Virus record (IMG/VR): IMGVR_UViG_3300037400_002787
Location: 1 to 64,000 of that record
Origin: a virus
Lineage: Duplodnaviria > Heunggongvirae > Uroviricota > Caudoviricetes
Reading direction: 5' to 3' (one strand)
DNA: 64,000 nucleotides
Shown: in pieces, positions 9,296 to 17,987 of the stretch
How the letters are laid out: every line of letters begins with the position of its first letter
Position numbering within the stretch: the first letter of the stretch is position 1
The notes under the pieces: generated by a model
Database searches by the model: none
Seen by the model: only the letters and a program-made list of their open reading frames with translations
What the model was told of the DNA's origin: nothing
Position numbers and translations under genes: made by a program

Positions 9296-9745
9296 ATGAG
9301 CGAGACATATGACAAGATTCAGGCGGAAATCAAGACCGCTATGCGGAATGGCTTTACACTTGTCCGTGACACCCTGCGGATGGTTGTTGCCGAAATCAAG
9401 AACAAGACTGTAAATGAGGGCAAGGAGATAACCGAGGATGTGGTTGTCTCTTGCCTGAAGAAATTCGCGAAGCAGTGCGAGGATTCCATTGCATCGGCTG
9501 AGGCTGCGAATCGTAATGACCTCGTATGCAAGGCTCAGGCGGAACTGTCGGTTGTGGCAGACTTCCTACCAAAGATGTTGTCAGAGACGGAGCAGGAAGC
9601 ACTATGCAAAGACCTTGTAGAAAAGGCTATGCCTGCCTACGGCGTGGAACCAACAAAGAAAAACTTTGGGATGTTGATGAAGCATATTCCATCGAACTGT
9701 GACAAGAGATTCTGCGCAAAGATTCTTCAAGGACTATTGAAGTGA
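9296..9745 (+). CDS. GatB/YqeY-domain protein
   Basis: N-terminus MSETYDKIQAEIKTAMRNG...RMVVAEIKNK matches the YqeY pattern (Q.D.K.AMK....L..LR.L.SEIKN). Confidence 0.55.
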   Translation: MSETYDKIQAEIKTAMRNGFTLVRDTLRMVVAEIKNKTVNEGKEITEDVVVSCLKKFAKQCEDSIASAEAANRNDLVCKAQAELSVVADFLPKMLSETEQEALCKDLVEKAMPAYGVEPTKKNFGMLMKHIPSNCDKRFCAKILQGLLK

Positions 9746-9760
9746 AAAGGAGATTGACAC

Positions 9761-10366
9761 ATGGCTGACTTTCAGAACAAAAGAGATTGCGACACGCTCG
9801 TAGTCAATCTGTACGGCGGACCAGGTACGGGCAAGTCTACAGGCGCAGGCATAATAACAGGACTACTCAAGGCAAACGGAATTGACGCAGAGTATGTCTC
9901 GGAGGTTGCTAAGGACAAGGTTTGGGAGGAGAATCGAGCAGCCCTTTCCAATCAAGCATACATGTTCGGAAGCCAATACTACAGAATTTCCCGTGTGATG
10001 GGCAAGGTGGATGTCATTGTCACCGACAGTCCTTTGTTGCTTACCTTCATCTACAACCATGATGATTGTCTCGGCAATGCTTTTAATGCCGTTGCCCTCA
10101 ATGTTGCGACCTCTTACAATACATTGGAAGTGTTGCTGGAGCGGACAAAGAAATACAACCCGAACGGACGCATGCAGACAGAAGCGGAATCAGATTCGAT
10201 AACCAAGACCATCAAGGGAATACTCGATAGGTTTCGCGGCAACTACATGAAGGCGACGGGTGACATCTCTGGATATTGGGAGGTGTTCAAGGAAATCGCA
10301 AGGCGTCTGAACCGATTCGACATAATTGCGCAGACGAACGAGAAACTAAAGACGCTCTCGATGTAG
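9761..10366 (+). CDS. P-loop kinase (AAA_33/zeta-toxin-like), possible polynucleotide kinase
   Basis: Walker A GGPGTGKST, Walker B-like VIVTDSP. Sits beside the metallophosphoesterase. Confidence 0.5.
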   Translation: MADFQNKRDCDTLVVNLYGGPGTGKSTGAGIITGLLKANGIDAEYVSEVAKDKVWEENRAALSNQAYMFGSQYYRISRVMGKVDVIVTDSPLLLTFIYNHDDCLGNAFNAVALNVATSYNTLEVLLERTKKYNPNGRMQTEAESDSITKTIKGILDRFRGNYMKATGDISGYWEVFKEIARRLNRFDIIAQTNEKLKTLSM

Positions 10367-10432
10367 AGACGATTATAGAAAGTGAGCGAGAAAACCCAAT
10401 CCCTTAAGTGTAAAGGCAAGCAAAAAAAATAT

Positions 10433-11224
10433 ATGAAGATAGCCATAATATCCGACATTCACGGCAACCCGACCGCTCTACAGAAAGTCCTGAAGGACGC
10501 AGAGGAGCGCAAGTGTGAACGCATAGTCTGCCTTGGCGACATAGTTGGCTATGGCTATGACCCTAATGCATGCATTGACATAGTTAGAAATCGCAACATA
10601 GAGTGCTTCCTTGGAAACCATGACGCAGGGCTGATAGGAAAACTCTCTCTCAACTGGTTCAACGGGTTCGCTAAGAACGCGATACTGCGCCAGCGTCCGC
10701 TGGTGACGGAAGACAACAAGAAGTGGCTGGAATCGCTGCCGTATACAAAGGTCGAAGGTGCAGAAGACGAATTCGCATACGCCTTCACACATGGCGAATT
10801 GATGAATCCAGAAAACTTCGACTATATCCAAGGCTACAGCGACGCGGTGTATGAAACCCATTACATGAAGGAGAAGAAGATTGAAGTCCTGTTCATCGGG
10901 CACACGCATTGCGCTAATATCTTCTTCCTCGGCGACGACTACCGAATCAGCGAGACATTCATAGACTTGGAAGACGAAGCGGGGTACGACCTTTCGCGGT
11001 ACGAGAAATCTATCGTTAATGTCGGCAGCTGCGGATACCCACGGAATCAGCCGTACATCATCTATGGCATCTACGAAACAACCACCCACGAATTCTACCA
11101 TCGCATCATGCCTTTTGACTTTGATGACTATTTGGAAAACATGAAGAAAAAAGGTGCTGCGATCCCCTTGTGGATAGAGGACAGAATATCCGAAGCGCAT
11201 ATGCACCCTGTTATGTTCAAGTAG
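10433..11224 (+). CDS. calcineurin-like metallophosphoesterase
   Basis: Motifs DIHGN, GDIVGYG, GNHD, GHTH. Confidence 0.7.
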   Translation: MKIAIISDIHGNPTALQKVLKDAEERKCERIVCLGDIVGYGYDPNACIDIVRNRNIECFLGNHDAGLIGKLSLNWFNGFAKNAILRQRPLVTEDNKKWLESLPYTKVEGAEDEFAYAFTHGELMNPENFDYIQGYSDAVYETHYMKEKKIEVLFIGHTHCANIFFLGDDYRISETFIDLEDEAGYDLSRYEKSIVNVGSCGYPRNQPYIIYGIYETTTHEFYHRIMPFDFDDYLENMKKKGAAIPLWIEDRISEAHMHPVMFK

Positions 11225-11238
11225 TAGAGGAGGCGGTT

Positions 11239-11661
11239 ATGACGATAGGAACTGGTTACTTCTCCAAGGCGAAGTCATACGCAAAGGATGGATGGACGCT
11301 AATAAGCATAGCCCTCAAGGACGCTTGGTTCCTGCCTAGCGATTTAAAGATAACCTCACTAAAGGAACTTGCGCCAACCCCTGAAATACTCAAACTCAAG
11401 GATAATCCAGAAGAGTATGAGAAGAGGTTCCGTGCCGAGGTGTTGTCGAAGATTGACTGGTATGCATTGTACTCAAAACTCTGCATGATAGCAAGAGCGG
11501 AAAACAAGGAGAAAGTAGTGTTCCTCTGCTATGAATCTCCCGAGAAGTTCTGCCACCGGCACATAGTAGCTAAATGGATAGAGGATGGATTGGGGAAGGT
11601 GGTGTCGGAGGTATCACCAAAGCAGCAGCAAAATCAATCTCTTTTCAACTCTGATGTTTGA
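11239..11661 (+). CDS. DUF488-family protein
   Basis: GTGYFSKAK ... VVFLCYESPEKFCHRHIVAKW. DUF488 conserved C-E...CHR signature. Confidence 0.45.
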   Translation: MTIGTGYFSKAKSYAKDGWTLISIALKDAWFLPSDLKITSLKELAPTPEILKLKDNPEEYEKRFRAEVLSKIDWYALYSKLCMIARAENKEKVVFLCYESPEKFCHRHIVAKWIEDGLGKVVSEVSPKQQQNQSLFNSDV

Positions 11662-11835
11662 CCCGATTATAAAATGGAGCGGGAGCAAGCGGTCTCAGGC
11701 AGATGCAATAGTGTCTAGGATGCCAAACTGCGAACAGGGACGGCTCTTTTAGTCTACCTTAGTCTTCCACTATTTCCACATTGGCATTGTTTGAAGAAAT
11801 GCCCCCGATGTGGAGAATGAAAAGCGGAGAGACTA

Positions 11836-12276
11836 ATGGCAGATTCAAATTTCTACTCGTACCTATATTCGCAGGCCGGCACGGTTGCCTTTGACGAACT
11901 ATCAGAGGTTGTGGAATTGTCAAACCCTGAAAGTGTTCAGCGTGCATTTGAATCCTATCTTGAAGACTATTCCCCGCCATACGACATAAAAGAGGCACTT
12001 CTAGAAGAGAAATTCTATATGAGTCCGGGAGAGGGGCCGGATGGCGGCGACACATATCTACGCTATGATATGGCGATACCAGGAGTGGCCGAGCCGATAG
12101 ATGCGGAAAGCCTAAAGACCTACTTTGAGGATTTTATAGAGAAAATAGGTGGAGTGAACAACTCCGAGAGTTCTAGCAGTGTCGAGGTAGAGTTGCTTGA
12201 CAACGAACGAGGCGGAGTGGACATAGACATCTATATCGCACTAGGCGGCAAGCAAATCCGAAAACAGAAAGACTAA
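11836..12276 (+). CDS. hypothetical acidic protein
   Basis: 146-aa ORF, followed by a terminator. Confidence 0.5.
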   Translation: MADSNFYSYLYSQAGTVAFDELSEVVELSNPESVQRAFESYLEDYSPPYDIKEALLEEKFYMSPGEGPDGGDTYLRYDMAIPGVAEPIDAESLKTYFEDFIEKIGGVNNSESSSSVEVELLDNERGGVDIDIYIALGGKQIRKQKD

Positions 12277-12283
12277 ATGTAAT

Positions 12284-12316
12284 GGCGGACTCTTTCGTCC
12301 GCCGTTTTCTTTTTCC
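12284..12316 (+). terminator. rho-independent terminator
   Basis: ggcggactctttcgtccgcc hairpin plus gttttctttttcc. Confidence 0.8.
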
Positions 12317-12362
12317 GAATTGGCAAAAATTGAGGGAATTACCCTCGTTCTAGGAGGTAGTT

Positions 12363-13151
12363 ATGAAAAAGTTTGTAGTGTACATGTCGGTTCTGGTTGC
12401 AATGTCATTCATTATGTCTGGATGCAAACATATAGACGGCGAAGGAACTCCAACGGCGAAGACCACAAACACCTATGTTGTAGTTGTTGGTATGGAGAAC
12501 TCTCGGTTTGCAGGAGAGTGTCCAGGGGCGGGATATGATGCGGATAGGATGTACAAACTCCTATCGCAGTACACACCAAATGCCGTTCTTTTGAGAGATA
12601 GCAATGCTACAAAGGCTAATGTTGTAAATGCCCTTCGCAATGCAATCTCTAAGGCGGGGGACGGTCTGGTGATATTCAGTTATTCGGGACATGGAGGAAG
12701 CGAACCTTTCCCGGATACCGGCATTGAAGAGACGGATGGTCATGATGAGTTTCTCTGCCTATGGGACACCTATATGAGAGATAATGAAATATGGAATATC
12801 ATCAACAAGAGTAGCGGACGCATCTTTCTGCTGTTTGACTGTTGCCATTCGGAGACGATGATGAGAAATCCTATGTTCAAGATTGTCCCGCCTCTGTCAT
12901 TCGACCATACAATAACTGAAAATTGCAAGTTCTCTATGCTGTGCTGGTCTGGCTGTCCTGACAACACCTATTCTTATGGGGCTTCTAATGGCGGACAGTT
13001 TACGAATGCTCTTCTAAGGCATTTCAATGCGAGCAAGACCTATGAGTATCTCTGGAATGAAATCAAGAACGACAAAACCCTCCGTGCTTACGAGAATCCA
13101 CAAAGTACGGTCTTGGGAAATGGATTTGCCGCAAAGCCGATATTTAGATGA
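12363..13151 (+). CDS. caspase-like (peptidase C14/CHAT-like) lipoprotein
   Basis: Lipobox ...FIMSGC. Catalytic His in YSGHGG and Cys in LLFDCCHSE (caspase HC dyad arrangement). Confidence 0.55.
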   Translation: MKKFVVYMSVLVAMSFIMSGCKHIDGEGTPTAKTTNTYVVVVGMENSRFAGECPGAGYDADRMYKLLSQYTPNAVLLRDSNATKANVVNALRNAISKAGDGLVIFSYSGHGGSEPFPDTGIEETDGHDEFLCLWDTYMRDNEIWNIINKSSGRIFLLFDCCHSETMMRNPMFKIVPPLSFDHTITENCKFSMLCWSGCPDNTYSYGASNGGQFTNALLRHFNASKTYEYLWNEIKNDKTLRAYENPQSTVLGNGFAAKPIFR

Positions 13152-13171
13152 TATAGGGGAAGGGAAAGCCA

Positions 13172-13366
13172 ATGACTAAGCGGGGCGATATTCCGTGGGG
13201 CAAGGTTCTGGTAAGATGTAATGCCTGCGGAGAGGAATACTTTATAGGCAGGAAGGAACTAAGGAACGAGTGTGGGAAACACAACGGCTGGTTTCCGTGC
13301 AAGAAGTGCGGGTCGCATGCTACGACTTGGAATATAGATGCTGGATTAGAAAGGGATGAAAGATGA
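13172..13366 (+). CDS. small zinc-ribbon protein
   Basis: CNACGEE...CKKCGSH pairs. Confidence 0.45.
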   Translation: MTKRGDIPWGKVLVRCNACGEEYFIGRKELRNECGKHNGWFPCKKCGSHATTWNIDAGLERDER

Positions 13367-14178
13367 ATTTTTTCAAGTTCTGCGAGGATGAGGCGGTCAA
13401 GATAAAGGTTGAAGGCCTTCCGGTGCATAGGTTCTTTGCCCCGGAAGGATTCCTGCAGTGGGGTCTCGAACCAAAGCTGGGCAACTACAATGGGTATGCC
13501 CAGATTGTTGATATGCCAATAGAAGAGTTTATAGGACTTGCAGAGCCGATACCCGAAGACGACGAGAAGAGACATGCTCCTATGGAGAAGTTCAAGTCGG
13601 ATGTTGCCAATGGAGCGGTCACGAACTGGGATGTGCCGTATCTTGTGATACAGGAGAACGAGGACGGGATATGGAAGGTGGTTGGACACGACGGAAGGCA
13701 TAGGGCTATGCTTCTAGACTCATTGGGCTATAAGACGATGCCCGTCCTTCTACGGCTGCCAGATGCCGAATTGAACGAAGAACTCCTGCCCGAGATACTT
13801 TGGAGCCAGAACGACAAGGCGGTTCAAAGGGACAAGGATTTCTATGATTTCCCGATTACGGAAGACAACTTCCAAAAGCCCTATGTCAGTGTAAGCAATG
13901 GAGTCATGGTGTCAGGAGACGGAGAGAAGACCACCACAATAGCGATGGATGGCATTGACTACGGCAAGGGATGCGATGCCCCAAACCTAAAGCGGTATCT
14001 CGGTGAGGTGAAGGCAGAGGACAAGAGTTCGGAGTCGGGATTTAAGGGGATAGCCCCCGAATCCTGCACATCGGCAAAGAAGAACTTCGCCAAGAATTTC
14101 GTGGCAAATGTAGCATATCGCAAAGACAACACAATGCCTGCCAGAAACCTTAAAGAATATCTTTCCAGAAAAGGATAG
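13363..14178 (+). CDS. ParB/Srx-like nuclease-domain protein
   Basis: VVGHDGRHRAML resembles the ParB N-domain G(E/D)xRxRA box. Confidence 0.45.
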   Translation: MNFFKFCEDEAVKIKVEGLPVHRFFAPEGFLQWGLEPKLGNYNGYAQIVDMPIEEFIGLAEPIPEDDEKRHAPMEKFKSDVANGAVTNWDVPYLVIQENEDGIWKVVGHDGRHRAMLLDSLGYKTMPVLLRLPDAELNEELLPEILWSQNDKAVQRDKDFYDFPITEDNFQKPYVSVSNGVMVSGDGEKTTTIAMDGIDYGKGCDAPNLKRYLGEVKAEDKSSESGFKGIAPESCTSAKKNFAKNFVANVAYRKDNTMPARNLKEYLSRKG

Positions 14179-14229
14179 GCGCGAGTTCCCTGATTGGCAA
14201 TAATTAAGAGGATATAGATGGAGCAAGCC

Positions 14230-14510
14230 TGTCAGTGACCCAACCCTGAAGGGTTGGGCTTGCGGGTGAAAGAGACCGCGAGCCTGCGCTGACTAGGGGA
14301 CTAGAAAGGAAACGAAGAAACAGAAATGACAGTAGTAGTTCGAGAGGAATGCATAGGCACCCGTGGATGGTTGTCCAAGTCTGCGGCTCTGCGGTGTGCG
14401 GTTAAACAGCCCTGCGAGGTAGGGGCAGTGCCGCATACAAGAAACCCTCTGGAACGCCCCGATGGGCACCTAACCCGCCTTCGGGCGGTGACTTACCCCG
14501 CAAGGGGTCA
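14230..14510 (+). ncRNA. omega-RNA-like structured scaffold (orphan)
   Basis: Homologous to the 41664-41956 scaffold. Differences are largely paired substitutions in GC-rich stems. Confidence 0.55.
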
Positions 14511-14641
14511 TGCCGCGCGGGAGTGTACCCCCTCCCGCCGTGGCTCTTTTTCGGAACCGAAAACAAACAACAAAAGAGAAAGGAGGATGCGCAATTCCTC
14601 CCAACCCTAAAGGGATTGGGTTCCCTTGCGCATTTTCTATG
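14230..14641 (+). mobile_element. ORF-less IscB-type IS200/605 (HEARO/omega-RNA) element, copy A
   Basis: About 88% identical to the omega-RNA region upstream of iscB at 41664. LE hairpin cccaaccctgaagggttggg (14239-14258), RE hairpin gcgcaattcctcccaaccctaaagggattgggttcccttgcgc (14589-14631). The iscB ORF is replaced by about 80 nt. Ends in tttctATG. Confidence 0.7.
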
Positions 14642-15310
14642 GTAATGTTAAGAGAGAACCAGACAAATACCGTTAAAATCTGTGTAGATGCGTCCATAGA
14701 TGTAGCGGGCTTTTCTCTTGTGCTGGCTGCCTGTGGGGTCATTAGGACGATAGCCGACATCTCGGCGGCAACGCTAAGCGTATCCTATTCTGCGGAAGAG
14801 GTGGCGAGGATAAGCAGTTCCGTTACGTATGGGACCTTGATAGTTTATGATGCCGAGGGAGCGGAGTACATGGAGGTACTCCCACGTTTCCGAAGAACTG
14901 CGGCGGACTGCGTTGGCGAACAGACAATCTACCTGACAATAGCTAGCACGAAAGAAATAGATGGAGGATCGGGGGGTGACACCCCCTCTGGGGATTACGT
15001 TACGCCGCAGCAACTCAATCAGGCGATAAACAGAGCATCACAGGCCGCAAATAGATACACCGATGAAGCCGTTGAGGGCATAGAGACCACGATTATCCAG
15101 GAGCAGCCGGTGCATGTTGTGGATGGGGAGGGACAGCCGATAAGTATGACGGTGCAGGAAGCAGTGCAGCAGATTGTCAATAATAGCGAGGCCATTGAAG
15201 ATGCATCGGAGTCCCATCTGCATGGAAAGGTCAAGGATGAGGACGGCGACGGACAGCCGGACGACGAGACGCTCTATCTGAATTCCGGAAAAGATAGCAT
15301 AGTAATTTAA
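14639..15310 (+). CDS. hypothetical protein; start codon lies in the terminal nucleotides of element copy A
   Basis: ATG 14639 is in frame with ORF 14510-15310. The upstream part of that ORF lies in the non-coding element. Confidence 0.45.
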   Translation: MVMLRENQTNTVKICVDASIDVAGFSLVLAACGVIRTIADISAATLSVSYSAEEVARISSSVTYGTLIVYDAEGAEYMEVLPRFRRTAADCVGEQTIYLTIASTKEIDGGSGGDTPSGDYVTPQQLNQAINRASQAANRYTDEAVEGIETTIIQEQPVHVVDGEGQPISMTVQEAVQQIVNNSEAIEDASESHLHGKVKDEDGDGQPDDETLYLNSGKDSIVI

Positions 15311-15374
15311 CTACTTCAGAAAATTAGGCGGGTGCCTAAAAATTGAAGAAAAACAAGAAAAAGGAGTAATGACT

Positions 15375-16400
15375 ATGGCGAATCCCATAGATGAAACTGG
15401 AGCTAAGTATCTAAGCAAACTTAGCATGAACGGCACTGCCTACACCATTAAGGATGCGTGGGCTCGTGCAGAAATTGATGAGGTGAAGGCGGCCATCTCT
15501 GGTGGAACTCACTTCCTCGGTGTCACGACGACAACTCTGTCCGACGGCGCTACTACCAATCCGATTACCATAGGGGGTGAAAGCGTCACCGCCAAGAACG
15601 GAGACATCGCGCTCTGCTCGGTGACGGAGGGTGGGGCTTCGGTCACGGCGGAGTTCATCTTCGACGGGACGAAATGGCAGCAGTTCGGTACGCAGGGCGT
15701 GCTCAAGGCTCTTGCCTACAAGGACTCCGCGTCCGGCACAGTGGAAATCCCTCTCTCGTCGAACATCTCGGCGGCGGCGTATACTCCGCAGGTGGGCAAG
15801 GGCACTCTGTCCGTAACCACGGTTAGTGGGTCTGTTGGAGCGACAGCAACGGATGCAACCTTTGATTTCACTGCTGCAAATGCAACGCTGTCAACCACTA
15901 CGGCAACGGCTACTGTTGCAACGGAGGATGCTGCGGCTGATGTTACGACAACGGCCACTGCCGCATCGCTGACCTACACGGCTACAACTGTAACGGCTGC
16001 CGGCCCGTCGGTCTCGCTGACCTATACCACGGGTACGTTTACCGCCCTGCAGGACGTGACTTATAACGAGACGACAGCAACGCTGTCCATTAGTTCCGTC
16101 ACCTCGGATGCCTTTACAAAGGTGCCAGGAGTTGAGTCGGTTGGTAATGTCACCGTAACATACGACAAGACCTCTGCCGTTACTTACGACAAGACGACGG
16201 CGGTCACATATTCGGTGGCAACAGGTGCGTCCTATATCAAGGCAACGGGTGTGACCTATGATAAGGTCAGCGCCGTTACCTACGATAAGGCAAGCGGAAC
16301 GTTCCTTTCGCAGGCAAGTCTCGATGGCGACCTTGCGGTCACGGCGGCGGCTCCGACGCTCACCATCACGAACCCGACTGTCACGGTCACGGTTTCGTAA
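15375..16400 (+). CDS. Thr/Ala-rich repeat protein (putative structural or fibre protein)
   Basis: SD aaggagtaatgactATG. Tandem (A/S)VTYDK peptide repeats, T/A/V-rich beta-like composition. Confidence 0.55.
   Translation: MANPIDETGAKYLSKLSMNGTAYTIKDAWARAEIDEVKAAISGGTHFLGVTTTTLSDGATTNPITIGGESVTAKNGDIALCSVTEGGASVTAEFIFDGTKWQQFGTQGVLKALAYKDSASGTVEIPLSSNISAAAYTPQVGKGTLSVTTVSGSVGATATDATFDFTAANATLSTTTATATVATEDAAADVTTTATAASLTYTATTVTAAGPSVSLTYTTGTFTALQDVTYNETTATLSISSVTSDAFTKVPGVESVGNVTVTYDKTSAVTYDKTTAVTYSVATGASYIKATGVTYDKVSAVTYDKASGTFLSQASLDGDLAVTAAAPTLTITNPTVTVTVS
16148..16300 (+). repeat. imperfect 24-nt tandem repeats encoding xAVTYDKx units
   Basis: gccgttacttacgacaagac... recurs about 5 times. 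Confidence 0.5.
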
Positions 16401-16432
16401 GGCAATGGTGGCTATGGCCACGATTGGAAACA

Positions 16433-16476
16433 GGAGGGGAGGGGATTCGAACTCCCCACCCTCCTTTCCTTTTTTA
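16433..16476 (+). terminator. rho-independent terminator
   Basis: GC-rich hairpin ggaggggagggg/ctccccaccctcc followed by tttccttttttat. Confidence 0.75.
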
Positions 16477-16530
16477 TGCGGAAACAATTTTCCTTTGCAC
16501 GGTGTGGCATATAGTAAAGGGAACTAAACT

Positions 16531-16809
16531 TGTCAGCGACCCAACCCTGAAGGGTTGGGCTTGTGGGTGAAAGAGACCGCGAGCCCGCGCTGACTAGGGG
16601 ACTGAAACGAAAGGTAAAACTAAAGTGACAGTAGCAGTTACAGAGGAATGCATAGGCACCTGCGGATGTGAGTCCAAGTCCGCAGCACTGTGGTGTGCGG
16701 TTAAACAGCCCTGCGAGGCAGGGGCAGTGCCGCATGCAAGAAACCCTCTGCAACGCCCCGATGGGCACCTAACCCGCCTTCGGGCGGTGACTTACCCCGC
16801 AAGGGGTCA
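16531..16809 (+). ncRNA. omega-RNA-like structured scaffold (orphan)
   Basis: Homologous to 14230-14510 and 41664-41956. Confidence 0.55.
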
Positions 16810-16940
16810 TGCCACGCGGGAGTGTACCTCCTCCCGCCGTGGCTCTTTTACGAAACCGAGAACAAACAACAAAAGAGAAAGGAGGATGCGCAATTCCTCC
16901 CAACCCTAAAGGGATTGGGTTCCCTTGCGCATTTTCTATG
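16531..16940 (+). mobile_element. ORF-less IscB-type IS200/605 (HEARO/omega-RNA) element, copy B
   Basis: About 93% identical to copy A. Same LE/RE hairpins. Ends tttctATG at 16938-16940. Confidence 0.7.
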
Positions 16941-17156
16941 GCTATCAAGACTACTAAGCGTAAAGTGTCATCGAGGGATAATCCTAAAGTGATGAATTTT
17001 CTTAACATAAACGGAATGACGCTTTCTCTTGGCGACTTGAGGAAGTCTGATTTTTCGGCAGTAGAAGACCCGAAATGTAGTGTAAAGAGTCTTCAGACAT
17101 GGGCGATACAGTTGAATAACATACTCCGCGGTTTTTCGCAGGCGCAGGAGGATTGA
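16938..17156 (+). CDS. hypothetical protein; start codon at the terminus of element copy B
   Basis: ATG 16938 is in frame with ORF 16809-17156. Alternative start 17000. Confidence 0.4.
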   Translation: MAIKTTKRKVSSRDNPKVMNFLNINGMTLSLGDLRKSDFSAVEDPKCSVKSLQTWAIQLNNILRGFSQAQED

Positions 17157-17282
17157 GTATGTTTTCTTTTACCATCTCTTCCATTGCGCTCGTGTGTACA
17201 ACCGCGTCTTTACCGATGAGGAGATGGCACACAACTATGCGGTTGATGTGATGAGGTTCTATTCGGAGGAGGAGTAATAGCG

Positions 17283-17933
17283 ATGAAGAAGAGAACACTA
17301 CTATTTAGTCTTACCTTTGCCGCCGTAGTAGCGGCTATGACTGTCATAGGGAGACCGATATGCTCTGCCGTAGCCTCGAATGGGATAGAGTACACCGAGG
17401 AAGAGGAACTGGTCATAGTACCCGTGGAGTACATAGAGTCCACGGGGACACAGTGGATAGACTTGGGGATAGTCCTTAACACGGACATTGACTTCTACAT
17501 AGATTTTCAGGCGACAGCAAAGCAATCCTGGGGATATTATCTTTTTGGGGGACAAAAAATTAACTATCAATATTACTACGGATATAACATGTATGTAGTT
17601 CCATCAGGACCTCCAAAAGGAATGCCCTCGCCTCAATTAGGTAGAAATATATTCCAGAAGATAGGTGATGTCTTTACCTTGGCAAGCAGTACATTTACAT
17701 ACACAGGAGATTATGTAGAAGATACAGTTCCTTGCTATTTGTTCGCAAGATACGGACTGACTAAATCTTTGATGGCAAGGATATATTCCGCCCAGATAGG
17801 CGACCTCGACCTCATACCCGTCCGTTTCACAAACTCACATGGAGAGGACGAGGGAGCAATGTACGATATCGTCACTGGCAAGTTGTTCCGCAACCAAGGC
17901 TCAGGAGCCTTCCTAATCGGTCTAGACCTCTAA
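17283..17933 (+). CDS. secreted protein, paralog family type A
   Basis: Sec signal, post-signal PICSAVAS. C-terminus DLIPVRFTNSHGEDEGAMYDIVTGKLFRNQGSGAFLIGLDL is shared with 20469-21227. Confidence 0.55.
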   Translation: MKKRTLLFSLTFAAVVAAMTVIGRPICSAVASNGIEYTEEEELVIVPVEYIESTGTQWIDLGIVLNTDIDFYIDFQATAKQSWGYYLFGGQKINYQYYYGYNMYVVPSGPPKGMPSPQLGRNIFQKIGDVFTLASSTFTYTGDYVEDTVPCYLFARYGLTKSLMARIYSAQIGDLDLIPVRFTNSHGEDEGAMYDIVTGKLFRNQGSGAFLIGLDL

Positions 17934-17987
17934 CGACTAGCGACTAACTCATTTTAACCCCGTTGCAAATTAAGGGACGAACATCTT

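Noticed and set aside
10478-11206. 242-aa minus-strand ORF.
   Set aside because: It lies exactly antisense to the metallophosphoesterase gene, which has clear catalytic motifs on the + strand. Typical shadow ORF with no RBS.
14326-14610. 94-aa + strand ORFs inside the omega-RNA-like elements (also 16625-16909).
   Set aside because: They lie within a GC-rich structured non-coding scaffold conserved at the nucleotide level with compensatory changes. No RBS. The ORF is not preserved in the third copy.
16433-16472. tRNA-like T-arm (GGGGATTCGAACTCCCC) and acceptor-like stem after gene 15375-16400.
   Set aside because: No D-arm or anticodon arm upstream. The hairpin plus T-tract is better explained as an intrinsic terminator.
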